Shown here piece by piece: positions 50,901 through 63,028 of a DNA stretch of 64,000 nt. This DNA is from Perna viridis (taxonomy: Eukaryota). The position numbers and the translations under genes were made by a program. The notes beneath the pieces were generated by a model. The model ran no database searches and had not been told where the DNA came from. It saw only the letters and a program-made list of their open reading frames with translations. Location of the stretch: the NCBI GenBank assembly GCA_037379345.1, contig CM074513.1:50137195-50201194 (forward strand), in the 5' to 3' direction. Position 1 is the first letter of the stretch; the number at the start of each line of letters is the position of its first letter.

Positions 50901-53114
50901 TAATAATAAACCATATAGGTCCATTTGATCAAGATTTTAGTAAGAGGGTTTTTTTTATTTACATTAATGACATCAAAACTTATTGATTTGAAAACAGTTG
51001 TCGTTTTTGTAACACAATTTATGTTTAGCACTTTAACAATATATTGTGATTTTATTTTTGTTTCCAGAAATTTGTCAAGGCATGGTTATTGAACTGTTCT
51101 GAGGGCACTCAACTATTACAAAAGGTCAGTCTGGGGCTCCCCGCCTTGATATGGGGCAGTTTATTTTCTTATACCTCCAAAGAACAGCCTTCACCTTTGT
51201 GTGATGTTGTAAAATGTCATACATTGTAAGTGTGCCAACACAACCGATGCAATGTTTATATGCCAATCAGTTAAAATATAATAAATTTATTAAGTTAATA
51301 AGTTAAGCCAGTAAATGTAAATTAGCACCATCAGATCTACATTTATGACTCCATTCAAATACAAGTTGACTTTTGGATCAGAACACAGGTACCCGTTTCA
51401 GACTGAGCTTTTCCCCTTAATACAACCACACAGATAGGAGTATACCGTTAGAATATAATTAAAAACTTTTTTTACAAATGTACACCACAGCTCAGTCAGG
51501 GTAGGAAACTGACTCAAATTCTAGCCATTCCTGAACAGAATTTTCAAAATATTTATTATATGGCTATATAGATTTTTGCTAAAATTAGCCAGCCCTGCCA
51601 AAAAAATAGCCAGTCTCAGACTGGCGGGCAGGCTACTATTTCTAACTCTGGCTCAGTAATGAAATCATAAAAGGCAATAATCTTGAACAGAATAATAATG
51701 GGTTGAATGTAGCTGATATGCTGTATTATTATGTCGTCTTGGGAGGCTAATTTTTCTTTTGCTTGGTCGCCTCAGATTTTAGAGAATGCCTCGGCGAATG
51801 TCATGGTTAGCTGGACTAGGTCAACCATACTTACATGTAGCTTAAAACCGCATCAATAAATGTTATACTAGCTCCTTCAGATCTAGAGGACCCATATTAG
51901 GTAGGGTCTAAAATGTGTAACCTGTAAACGTTCCCCTACCAACTTTTCCCTGTACCCAAATAATGTTTTGCTAAAATATTCATTATTAGGGTAAGGTTAA
52001 GAACTGAAAATTGTACGAGATGTGCTTAAGTCCATTTCAATTTATTTCTAGTCAAGAAAATGATGTATATTTCTAATATTTTTTGTTTGATCAGTTTTCT
52101 GATTTCAAAAGGTATAAAATGAGTCACCAGAAGTTACCGTACCATACTAATATTTGACTATTACTCAATTTCCTGTCCTAATTTTACGCTTTTCTGAAAA
52201 CACTGCCAGGTTAAAATTTCACGTAAGACTTTGGATGAAGTTTTGAAAGATTTCATATTAATTTAAAAAAGAAGTGATTGGGTTTGAATTCTGTACTGCA
52301 CCTAGCGTCAATCCCCACACAAGCAAATTTCTAAAGAGTGGAGACAATCTTATCCAGGACGAAAAAGAAAGCCTCACGGAGTCCTACGCAATTTTAATTG
52401 ATCGTCAATGAATATTATTTTGACAATATTATGCAGTTCTAATCATACTAATGTCAAATATGCATCAAAATTGTACAGATAACAAAACTACTTTGATTTG
52501 GATACAGGAAATTTTGGATAACACATTTTCGACTTTTTGAAAGTAGAAAATCAAGTTTTTCAAAAAATATTTTAAAAATAATTAATTCCAGCATAGCCAT
52601 CATGTCAGTTGCTACATGTGTACCAACTTTCAGCTTGGCATAATACTACTACTAGGAGTAGACTAGGGAATAGTTAGTTGGTACGATCACCGTTACACAT
52701 TTTAGATCCTACCCCCCTTATTACATACAGAGGCTTAATTCTATCTATTTGATTGTCAACCCCCTTTTCATAGACGAGTGTTTCTCAACATTATAGAAAC
52801 AAGCGCCTCTCGCTTCGAGAAATGTATTTTTAATAAACTATATGCTCGCTAGGCAATGGGATTCTCGGAAAAAAGCAAGCCCCTGTGCTCTTAATCCCTA
52901 TTGGGATTCAGTGTCCGGAACTGTTTTCTGATTTGGCCGCCAGACACTGAATCCCAAAAGGGATTACTGTGCTCTAAGACTAAATTCCTGCAGTCATCAA
53001 GAATATGGTTCCTCGAAAATACAATAAACGAAGTTTCTATTTTGACACAAACCTATACTCATATTGGTCGTCCTTATATTTGTCTGAATAAAATATGTCT
53101 TTTGTATGTGCCAT
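47945..53114 (-). CDS. CKS1: Cyclin-dependent kinases regulatory subunit (CKS), 3 exons, 77 aa
   Basis: Exons 53114-53053, 49127-49000, 47988-47945 give [77 protein letters not shown], the canonical CKS sequence. Confidence 0.97.
51900..52713. mobile_element. MITE with 22-bp TIRs and probable 9-bp TSD (Mutator-like) in CKS intron 1
   Basis: ggtagggtctaaaatgtgtaac ... gttacacattttagatcctacc; flanks cccatatta / cccttatta. Confidence 0.65.
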
Positions 53115-53189
53115 GACCAAATGGTTATAACTGATAATTAAATTCGATTTTTTTAAAGAAAATCCAAAATGACATGTGTTGACAACTTC

Positions 53190-53240
53190 AATTTGAATAC
53201 ACAGCTTTGATTGGCTTAGCTTGGCTAAGTCACGTGGGTT
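53190..53240 (-). promoter_or_regulatory. Putative CKS proximal promoter: CHR-like TTTGAA, CCAAT box, E-box
   Basis: tttgaa 53192-53197, attgg 53210-53214, cacgtg 53231-53236, all within 125 bp of the ATG. Confidence 0.45.
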
Positions 53241-53515
53241 AGGTTGTTCATATCGCCCCACTTTTATTCGTCCATTTGACCACTGACATCGTCAAAAAAT
53301 AATCTGTACGTTTGTTTTATTTTCGATCGATGTCAAGGTCTTTCCATCAATAGAAGGGAAAAGTATTGAAAATTACTTACCCTTAGAAATTCCATTCTCT
53401 CCTCCTAGTATATCACCAATCTTTTGAATACATGCTTTTTTAAGTATTTTCAATTTTAAACAATGCAAAATACTCAGAGTCAAGTAAATATTCGGCACAA
53501 TTGAATATTATGACC

Positions 53516-53723
53516 AAGGGCGGATTCAGGTGTGGCCCTCCCAAAAAAGTATGGATTGTCAGGGTAGATTTAGGCGGTTTTAGGTTGAAACTTTAATTTC
53601 TCTCTAATTTTACCACAAAAGATATCTACATTGCACACACTCTTAGAAGAATATTTCAAAAAATGAACATAAAAAAAATGTTTCGCCTTTTTTCGCCCAT
53701 CTAAAATCCTGGATCCGCCCCTG
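53516..53723. mobile_element. Short MITE of the CAGGGGCGGATCCAG-ended family (related copies ~33795, 37193, 41327, 43073, 54959)
   Basis: caagggcggattcagg ... cctggatccgcccctg; the same terminal motif recurs at the listed positions. Confidence 0.7.
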
Positions 53724-53865
53724 ATGACTTGTTTGTTTACTTGTATATTTCCTGACGGAAAAAAATCACAGGCACTGATTTGACCCCTTTTTTTCTCGAG
53801 AGCTTTTATTTCTTTCAATTCGTTAATTTGATTAAAATTCGTATTTTCGCCAGGCCCATTGATTG

Positions 53866-54516
53866 AAAAAGTAATCAAGGGAACCAAGATTCTAGCGGAA
53901 ACCAAAAGAATGTAATCCAAGAACAACGACCAGACATGGAAAACAGAAAATAACAACAAAGAACATAAAGTAACTAAAATAATAAAAAGTAACAGAAGTA
54001 AACGAGCAAGTTGGACTCCACTAAAAACTGGAAGCATGGATCTTGTGCACCAGCAAGTTAAGCGTCATCTGCTGTTCTAGAAACAACCGCGGAGTTGCTC
54101 ATAAAAAGTCCGAGATAGATGAAAGAGAAAAGGAAAACTATGACACGTAGAACAAATCAGTTTTCATGGTGAAGACGGATACACCGTAACGATCCACGAG
54201 TTCATGATGACGACCATAAAAATTATGTAATGGTGACTTTAATCTTGTAGCAACATAACCCTGTTCTGGCGCGATACAAAAAGTCTGCTTAGTAATGACA
54301 AGCTCTGGCATAACTTATGAGTTGTGATATGAAAACTCCATACGCATATGCAGGTGCTCAAGGGATGTTGTCACAGATGAAAGGAAAGTTGACAATTCTG
54401 AATGAAAAGTCATCATGCTGGTTGTATAGTTTGGTCGTTTTCCTTTCCCGTAGGTCAAGATATGAGGTTGAATTCACAGTGTCTGTAATATCCTTTATCT
54501 CAAGTTCTTTGGGGTA
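53866..54516 (-). mobile_element. 5'-truncated Penelope-like element copy
   Basis: Reverse complement of 4745-5930 with deletions. Confidence 0.8.
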
Positions 54517-55488
54517 GTAATTTTCAATACTTTACTCCCTCTATTGATCTAAATTGAGATCAATTGAATATAAAACAAACTTGAAAATATCACAAAAGAA
54601 TGCATAATATCACCATCTTATAAAAAAGATTAAAGTTTACTATAAGACCTACCCGATTTGATTTTTTTATAAGATGGTGGAATTATGGGCATTGTTTTTT
54701 TTTAATATTTTTCCGTATAAGACCAGGAAATATCAGGGGAAAAAACAGAAAAGTTGGAAAAGTTGGAAACCACCGAATTGGTCCCGACTTCGTATGGGCA
54801 TTTTAAAATGAAAAGTGTGTACGTTTAACGACCAGGTTATATAGCGCACTCCCACACTTCCACTACGGTTCAACAGATAAATAGGCAGTCATGATAAAAC
54901 TGCCACTAGCCAAAATAGGTAAAATCAATAGTCAAAACAGCACAGATGGTATGAACAACAAGGGCGGATCCAGCCACTTTTAAAAAGGATGTGACAGACG
55001 GGGTTCCTTAGAAAAGCGGGCGCTAGAACACTATTTGCCATTTTTGTGTCAATTTTACATGTGAAAATGACAAATTTTCCAATAAGAAGGAGGACTGCCA
55101 ACCCCTGCACCTAAATTCCCCCGGCCCTTGATCCGTCATTGAATTATTAATGAATAGGCTCGTTAAATTAAGTCTATCGTGGGTTTGTATGATACAAGGG
55201 ATATTGACCAACATATATTTTCCTTTTTGAATGGTAAACAAGGGAGTATATTAAGTCCCTGTGTCAAAATAATTTTAGTAGAAGTGTTCTCATTATAAAC
55301 TTCATTCATAGTTAAAAAAAAAAAGCCTCCTGCACCACGTGATTCACATTGTTCGGGGGTCCTAGACCGTCACAACCTTGGTACGAATTATCTATTTGTT
55401 GACGTTTATTTCCTTCGGAATTTTGTACTTTCGTTTTCGAAATCCCTTTTTGGTTCGGATTTCACTTTATATTTCAAGTCCAGTAAAG

Positions 55489-55725
55489 ATGGCAGGGAGT
55501 AATGGTGCATTTGCGAATTTTAAGAAAGACAAAACAAAACTTACAACTTTAATAGTGTTCGTTACAGATGTTGTTATCTTAGTCGCTGTTCTTATTATAT
55601 TATGGGTCATGCCAGAGCCAAGAACACCCGGAGAAGAATGTGGATTTATGTGTCTTCCTGAGAATGGAAACGGAAAAATCAACTGTGGTTGTAGGGATAA
55701 ACTGTTCAATGATTACTTGCAGAAG
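55489..55725 (+). CDS. First coding exon of an unidentified type II membrane protein
   Basis: ATG in aaagATGg context, 79 codons MAGSNG...LIVFVTDVVILVAVLIILWVM (one TM helix)...CGFMC...CGC...YLQK, then AAG|GTATGA donor; E-box at ~55336. Confidence 0.65.
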
Positions 55726-56180
55726 GTATGATTTCTTCATGGCGTACGATTTTGTATCTAACCAGGGTTGATTTGATAATTCAACTCATCACTCAGTAAA
55801 ATGTACATGTATCATTTACTATGTATAAATTAATAGGTATTAAGCATTTAAATATGAGACAGGCACTACCTGGAATGCTTCTTTAGGCTTTCTTTGAAGT
55901 ATTGTTGATGTCAGAAACTGTCGTTTAGGTTTCCACTCCCTGCTGAATTGGCAAAGTCATAAATAATTTATGTGCAGGGAACCTTGAGGAAACTTTTGGG
56001 GGCTTAGTACATGGGATCTGTAACTTTCATTCACCATTATTGAACTTCTTAACCAATAAGCTTCCTTTGGGATTTTATATACTTATATTTAAAAAGTGCA
56101 GGTTTTATAGGACTGCAAAAAATTTGTGGTCGTATAAAGTTATAGCACAGTTGTTTGCATCGGCATTGTCATCTGGGGAC

Positions 56181-56358
56181 CAGGCCTTTCATTAAGAGGC
56201 GGTACCAGGTACTTTTACCCTCCTAAGCTACTGAAAGGTACCTCCTGAATTTTTAAATTTCGTACATTTTACAAGAAAATGATGAAAAGTACCTCCCACA
56301 AAACCAAAGGTACAAAATGTACATGTACCTGCATTGCAAAAAGTTAATGAAACCCCTG
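56181..56358. mobile_element. Short MITE
   Basis: caggcctttcattaa ... ttaatgaaacccctg, flanked by ggggac on both sides. Confidence 0.6.
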
Positions 56359-57489
56359 GGGGACACTTCGTTAAGGTGCAATAACTTAAGTTGTTGTTGA
56401 CTGATTTTTCAGAAATTTTGATATGATTTTACTAACCACTAAAAGAAGGTTCCTATTCATGTTACACACTACCAATGAGCATTTGGAATGTACACCAAAA
56501 TAGTTCTAGGCAGAAATTACCTCCTGTTCCTCACAGCACTGTGAAAGAAGTTTATATTTTATTTCAAAATTTAAAACTGTTTCTGAAAGGAAAATCATTT
56601 CTGCATATTTTTAATAATTTTTATAAGTGCAATTTTCTTCTTGTGCTGTAAAGCCTAATCTCCATAATGATTTCTAAATATACCCCTATCTTGTGAAAGC
56701 ATTACGATTTCCCTTGCTGTTTATAGACCCTTCATTTCCGGTGACCAGTGCTGTATTGCTAGTCTGCTAACCACATTTGCCATTCTGAAGATTGAGAGCT
56801 GACACATGTAGAATCATGTTGGTATTAGTCTTCTGTAGGTTGAAGTGAATATATAAGCCAGCAATGAAGCCTATGGGAAGTGGAATTAGTGGTTTCTAGC
56901 CTTTAATATTGATTTTATGGCTTCTACCATTTTAGAAAAAGGGGCCAATATGGTGAAAGTAGGTGTTTTATTAAAATCTATGTATAATGTTTGTTTTTTT
57001 TTTTTTTATTTTAATAAATCTCTTTTCTATTGTGTTCCTTAGGGGTCAAAGCTGGGCAATGTCAATAAAATTCAACTTTTTAAAAATTTTTGGTTCGATT
57101 TTAAAAAAACATTTTTTTTAATTGGATTACTCATAAAAATCCCTGAATTTTTCAATCAGATGTCAGATATCTTTGCAGTTTTCCAGTTATAAGGAGTCAA
57201 AGGAACCACACCAAAAAAAAATTAACTTTTTTTTTTTTTTGGTCCAATTTCGAAAAATATTTCAGTTATTGAATTCTTCTTAAAAATCCCTGCCTACATT
57301 TTTCAATCTGATTTCAGATATCTCTGAATTGTTTCGAGTAATAAGGGGTTAAAGGGGCCACACCTAAAAAATCAATATTTTAATACTTGGTTCGATTTTC
57401 CAAATAAAACTTTGTTATTGATTTCTCATAAAAATCTCTGCCTTTTTTATTAACTGAGTTGCAACAACCTTGAACTCAGCTATTGGTTT

Positions 57490-58340
57490 GATGATGGCGG
57501 CGGGAATCAACATTGTTTTCTGGAAGATAACTGGAAAAGTTTATATCCGATTCAAATGAAACTTTGTGATATTTTTATAGACCAGGTTAGTGAGATCCTT
57601 ATTGATGTGAGGTAAATTTCGTGAAAGGTCAAGGTCACAGCAACCAAAAAATTTAACTTTTTCCATAAAATTGAGGTTTCAGATGATAACTCAAAAAAGT
57701 CTACATCTGATTCAAACCAAACTTTGGGATATTGTTACATACCAGGTGAGATCCCTATTGGTTTATGGAGAATTTGTTTAAGATCAAGGTCAGTTGTCAA
57801 AACACTTCCTCAGGAAAAATATGAGGTTTCTGGATGATAACTCTAATAGTTTATCTCTGGTTCAAATCAAACATTAGGATATTGTTACATACATTTGTAC
57901 CAGAAAACAGTGATCAAATTTTAAGGAAAATTCTTGCTAAATGCAAGTTGAAATTCAATTTTGCTAGTAGAAATTATTTCCTCTTGCTAAAATTCTCTAG
58001 TGAAATTCTGAAGGTCATACAGGCAAGTTCCAGAAATAACCAAAAACACTTAAATTTAGTAAGTATAAATTTTCAGTATTTGCTAAATTAATCTAGTTGA
58101 AAAAATTCTGAAATCCAATCCCTGTTTATTGTGAGATACCTATTGATTTGGATAAAAATTTGGTCACGGTCAGTTATGCTGAAAAATTTACATTTTTGTA
58201 GAAAAATTAGGATTCTAGACAATAATTTAAAAAGTGTACATCTGAACTATCGGATATTGTTTCATAACTGATCATGAATGAAAACACAATTGATTTTGGT
58301 GCAATTTTGTTTCCAGTTAATGTCACAGCTGTCAAAAAAC
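57490..58340 (+). repeat. Helentron-like element with ~150-bp degenerate tandem subrepeats (resumes at 63290-63390)
   Basis: Recurring gatgataactc...tgattcaaa...ctttgggatattgttacatacc...gagatccctattg units at ~57525, 57682, 57833, 58218 and 63306. Confidence 0.7.
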
Positions 58341-58499
58341 ATTTCTTAATGTAGAATTTTTGTAAATTCATGTTTACGGATCTTTGTCATGTCCGCTCTG
58401 TGTTGTTTTTATGATTAGTATTTACATTATGGCCACGGCCAGGCCTTCTGCTTAGCTTTTGCAAAAATCCCTTAAAAAGCATGATTTTGTGACTCATAA

Positions 58500-59595
58500 G
58501 TGTAGAAAATGACACAGGAACTTCACCCAAACGTGGGCAATAGGTACGCCGATGTACTGAGGGCATTAAAAGGGGACTATGGCGACTCAAACTTGAACCC
58601 TTTCATGTTATGCGGTCAACAACCAGAGCATGCAGATGATAGCAAGGACCTCAACGTAGTTGAGAACAGTGTTGGGCATTAACGCCTTCAATTCCAATCC
58701 CCAAGTCATGCCCAAACCCAGTGAGACCTAAGAGTTCATCCAAAGTTAGATATGATACGCCATTAAGGCCAAAAACAGCCCAAAACCAACTTGAAGCTGA
58801 AATTCTCTCACTGAAGGCCGAGTGTAACAATCATGAACTTCAATTGACTAAAGCAAAGCTGGATAAACACCAGGCAGACCTGGCTAGTGCCCTAGCAGTG
58901 GAACTTCAGGACCCACTTCTGTCCAGCAGAACACATTAACTAATCAAAATAATGCCATAACTAATACAGAAGCAAAAAACATTGTCGATTTTTTGTTCCT
59001 AAATTCTGTTGATGCCATAGACGATGAGGGATACATGGTAGACATCGGTCACAGGGCTAAATTAAAATTCAATAAAAAGAAGACTCCATTAAGCCAAGTG
59101 ACAATGGAACAGTGGGGGTATGCTAGTTTAGGAATTATGAAAGACCTAGATTTGGACCCCCAAAACATTGAAGGTTACATCGTAGATACACAGAGTATCT
59201 TCCGCTTAGCATCAGTTCACGTTTGGCACATCATCTTGTAATATGAGAAGGAGTATTGTGATTCACAGGCGAGAGAGGGCTTTAAGTGGGGCAAACCCCA
59301 GGAAGATCTTCGTGATTTTCACCTAGTACTAAAACTGAATAGCCTCACGATGCGTACGTTGAATTCTATGTCTAAGTTCCCAAACAAGGAAAGTTCGTCT
59401 GCTAAACAACAGAATAAAAGGCGTGGCCCATTCGTGCCAGATGGTCGTGAAATATGCCGCAAATTCAACTTAGGAGCATGTGGTTTTACACATTGTAGGA
59501 TGGCTCATCATTGCGCAATTTGCTACTCAAGGGATCATAAGGCGATAGAGCATTCAAAAAGGGAGAACCCCATCATGCAAAATTCAACCAAATAG
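58500..59595 (+). pseudogene. gag-like ORF of the YR retrotransposon (broken)
   Basis: Fragments 58721-58939, 58993-59241, 59350-59595; VTMEQWGYAS, W..I..YEKEY...QA..GFKWG and C-terminal Cys/His finger. Confidence 0.7.
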
Positions 59596-59599
59596 CATT

Positions 59600-60790
59600 T
59601 GTTAAAGCAATTCAACCCAAGCCAACCTACTGTCTTAATTTACAAGCTTGGGAATTGTTGTTACCGTGTGACGATCCTGAATTTCAATTTATCATAGATG
59701 GTGTCAAAAATGTGTTTTCTATGGTTGATCAATTCCCGGATTCAGAAGATATAGTTTTTTGGGAAAATTATCGTTCAGCAATTTCAAACAAAATGTTAGT
59801 TGAAACAGCAATAAAATCTGAGATTGTGAATGGCAATTATGTTGTTACAAAAGTGAAACTGCAGATTACAAATGCATTAGGCAGTGTCCCAAAGGGGAAT
59901 AATTCGATTCACAGACCTTCATTGGAAATTCAAGGGAGATTCAGAATCTACTTATTTTTTCGATAAAAACTATCTTTTGGGGCCGCCAAATCTCCGAGCA
60001 TATTTCAGTCTTTATCTAGCACTGTTTGTAGAATTATGAAATTACAAAATTTTACTGTGATAGCATATTTGGATGATTTTCTTATCATTGAGAGTTCTTA
60101 TGAAAAATGGTAAAAGTGCACTTGATAAATTATTGGGTGTATTAAGATTGTTAGGCTTTCATATTAATTACAGTAAAAGTGATGGACCAGCACAAAAAAT
60201 TGTATTTCACAAGTTATTCAAAGGATGACGACCATTCCTTAGGCACATCATTGATTTAAAAAACTCTCTAACGGCACATTCGGACAAGATCTTATCGATT
60301 GACAATTTTTTTGTTGATCTGAAATGGTGGTTGATTTTCATGAAACAATTTAATGGCAAGAAAAAAATCCTGGATGATAAGCCCATTACAAACATTCAGT
60401 GTGACGCTTGTACAGAAGGGGTGGTGCTTATTTTTCTTGAGACTATTTGTACATCAATTGGAATATTGATATGCCAGATATTTACCCCCTGCATATTAAA
60501 TGTAAAGAAATTATTGTTATGGTGTTGACAATTTCTAGATGGTCAATTACATTGCAAAATAAAAGGATAATAATGTACACTGACAACATGACAGCTAAAA
60601 GCACAATCAGTAAGATGTCAAGTAAAAATTCAATTGTTATGACATATCTGAGACTTCTATTCTTCATTCAAGCATATTTCTATTACTGCCATTTTTATTT
60701 CGGGTAAGAGGAACGTCCTGGCGGACAGCATTTGAAAGCACCACCAGGAACACAAACTTAGTAAAGTCTATGAGTTATTACCTATGAGTT
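59600..60790 (+). pseudogene. RT-RNaseH of the YR retrotransposon (frameshifts, internal deletions)
   Basis: DPEFQFIIDGV, NALGSVPK, then a jump to HWKF...FGAAKSP (motif A region missing), YLDD, DLKWWLIF, CDAC, TDN. Confidence 0.8.
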
Positions 60791-60869
60791 TACAATGTGT
60801 TAGTGATAGCTTTTGTATTTTTGATTTGTTATTTCATATGTCATACATGTATAAATTTGTACATTTTAG

Positions 60870-63028
60870 ATGGTGGTCTAGGTCCACACACCCTCGAAAA
60901 GACTGTGGATAAGTTCAGAAGGCAAGGATGGGCAGAGAGTACACAACTCGTTTATAAGTCACAGTTTAAGTGTTATAATTCTTATATGGCTTTTTGTAAA
61001 CAGAATGCATTGGCTCCGTTACCTATGTCCCATAACGGCATCTCTAGATACATTGGCTCCGTTACCTATGTCCCATAACGGCATCTCTAGATACATTGGC
61101 TCCGTTACCTATGTCGGCATCTCTAGATACATTGGCTCCGTTACCTATGTCCCATAACGGCATCTCTAGATACATTGGCTCCGTTACCTATGTCCCATAA
61201 CGGCATCTCTAGATACATTGGCTCCGTTACCTATGTCCCATAACGGCATCTCTAGATACATTGGCTCCGTTACCTATGTCCCATAACGGCATCTCTAGAT
61301 ACATTGGCTCCGTTACCTATGTCCCATAACGGCATCTCTAGATACATTGGCTCCGTTACCTATGTCCCATAACGGCATCTCTAGATACATTGGCTCCGTT
61401 ACCTATGTCCCATAACGGCATCTCTAGATACATTGGCTCCGTTACCTATGTCCCATAACGGCATCTCTAGATACATTGGCTCCGTTACCTATGTCCCATA
61501 ACGGCATCTCTAGATACATTGGCTCCGTTACCTATGTCCCATAACGGCATCTCTAGATACATTGGCTCCGTTACCTATGTCCCATAACGGCATCTCTAGA
61601 TACATTGGCTCCGTTACCTATGTCGGCATCTCTAGATACATTGGCTCCGTTACCTATGTCCCATAACGGCATCTCTAGATACATTGGCTCCATTACCTAT
61701 GTCCCATAACGGCATCTCTAGATACATTGGCTCCGTTACCTATGTCCCATAACGGCATCTCTAGATACATTGGCTCCGTTACCTATGTCGGCATCTCTAG
61801 ATACATTGGCTCCGTTACCTATGTCCCATAACGGCATCTCTAGATACATTGGCTCCGTTACCTATGTCGGCATCTCTAGATACATTGGCTCCGTTACCTA
61901 TGTCCCATAACGGCATCTCTAGATACATTGGCTCCGTTACCTATGTCCCATAACGGCATCTCTAGATACATTGGCTCCGTTACCTATGTCGGCATCTCTA
62001 GATACATTGGCTCCGTTACCTATGTCCCATAACGGCATCTCTAGATACATTGGCTCCGTTACCTATGTCGGCATCTCTAGATACATTGGCTCCGTTACCT
62101 ATGTCCCATAACGGCATCTCTAGATACATTGGCTCCGTTACCTATGTCCCATAACGGCATCTCTAGATACATTGGCTCCGTTACCTATGTCGGCATCTCT
62201 AGATACATTGGCTCCGTTACCTATGTCGGCATCTCTAGATACATTGCTTTTCTTGCCAATGTTAAAGGTTTTGCTTATAGGACTATTGAAAATTATTTAG
62301 TTATCGTTAAGCATTTACACAAACCATGCGGTATGGCAGATCCAGTGAAGGACCAATGGCACGTTCAGCATGTACTACAGGGAGTAAAACGCGCCTTGGG
62401 AGATGCACAAACTAGTGCTACTTTATTGACTCCTGATATGGCACTTGATATTAAGAAACAGTTAAATCTTTTTAGACTCTTTGATCTATCAGTTTGGTGC
62501 GCTTGTTTGATAGGCTTTTATGGTATGTTAAGACCTGGAAATTTTCTTATTCACGACCCAAATGTTCTGGTTTTGCGTATTTGTCAAAATATGTCTCATG
62601 ATATGGACTACATTATCATGTTTGACTACACAAAGACCATCCAGTTTCGTGTTGTAATGCCATTGATTCAAGGACACCCTCTCTGCCCAGCCTCAGCCAT
62701 TTTCCATTTACTTTGCTTACATGTTATGTTAGGTTCTAATGGACAATCACCCTTATTATGTGGAAGTGTTGTGAAAACATTATCTTACAACAAATTTCTT
62801 GATCATGTGAATTCTATTTTATTGAAGTCAGGAAATAAGTCTCTGTTGACAGGACATTCTTTTTGTAGAGGAGGTGCTACATGGGCGTTCCAGGCTGGTT
62901 TGCCTGGTGAAGCGATTCAGGACATCAGTATGTGGAAAAGCGAGGCTTACCTTAGATACATTGAACCCTCCTTGAACATTAAAATTGGTATCATGCGTAA
63001 GTTTGGGCAGAAGCTCCCTAGCAATTAG
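60870..63028 (+). pseudogene. Tyrosine recombinase interrupted by a tandem array
   Basis: N-terminal AESTQLVYKSQ..Y.AFC before the array; after it FYGMLRPGN, TKT, CPASAI, GHSFCRGGAT (HxxR Arg changed to Cys), WKSEAYLRY. Confidence 0.88.
61009..62242 (+). repeat. Minisatellite array: 30 units (22 x 43 bp, 8 x 36 bp)
   Basis: Unit attggctccgttacctatgtc[ccataac]ggcatctctagatac; only one substitution seen (61692 g>a). Confidence 0.97.

Noticed and set aside
61009-62242. CRISPR array (36-43-bp hairpin-forming repeats next to RT and recombinase genes)
   Set aside because: No unique spacers; units are head-to-tail copies of YR coding sequence; no cas genes; eukaryotic context.
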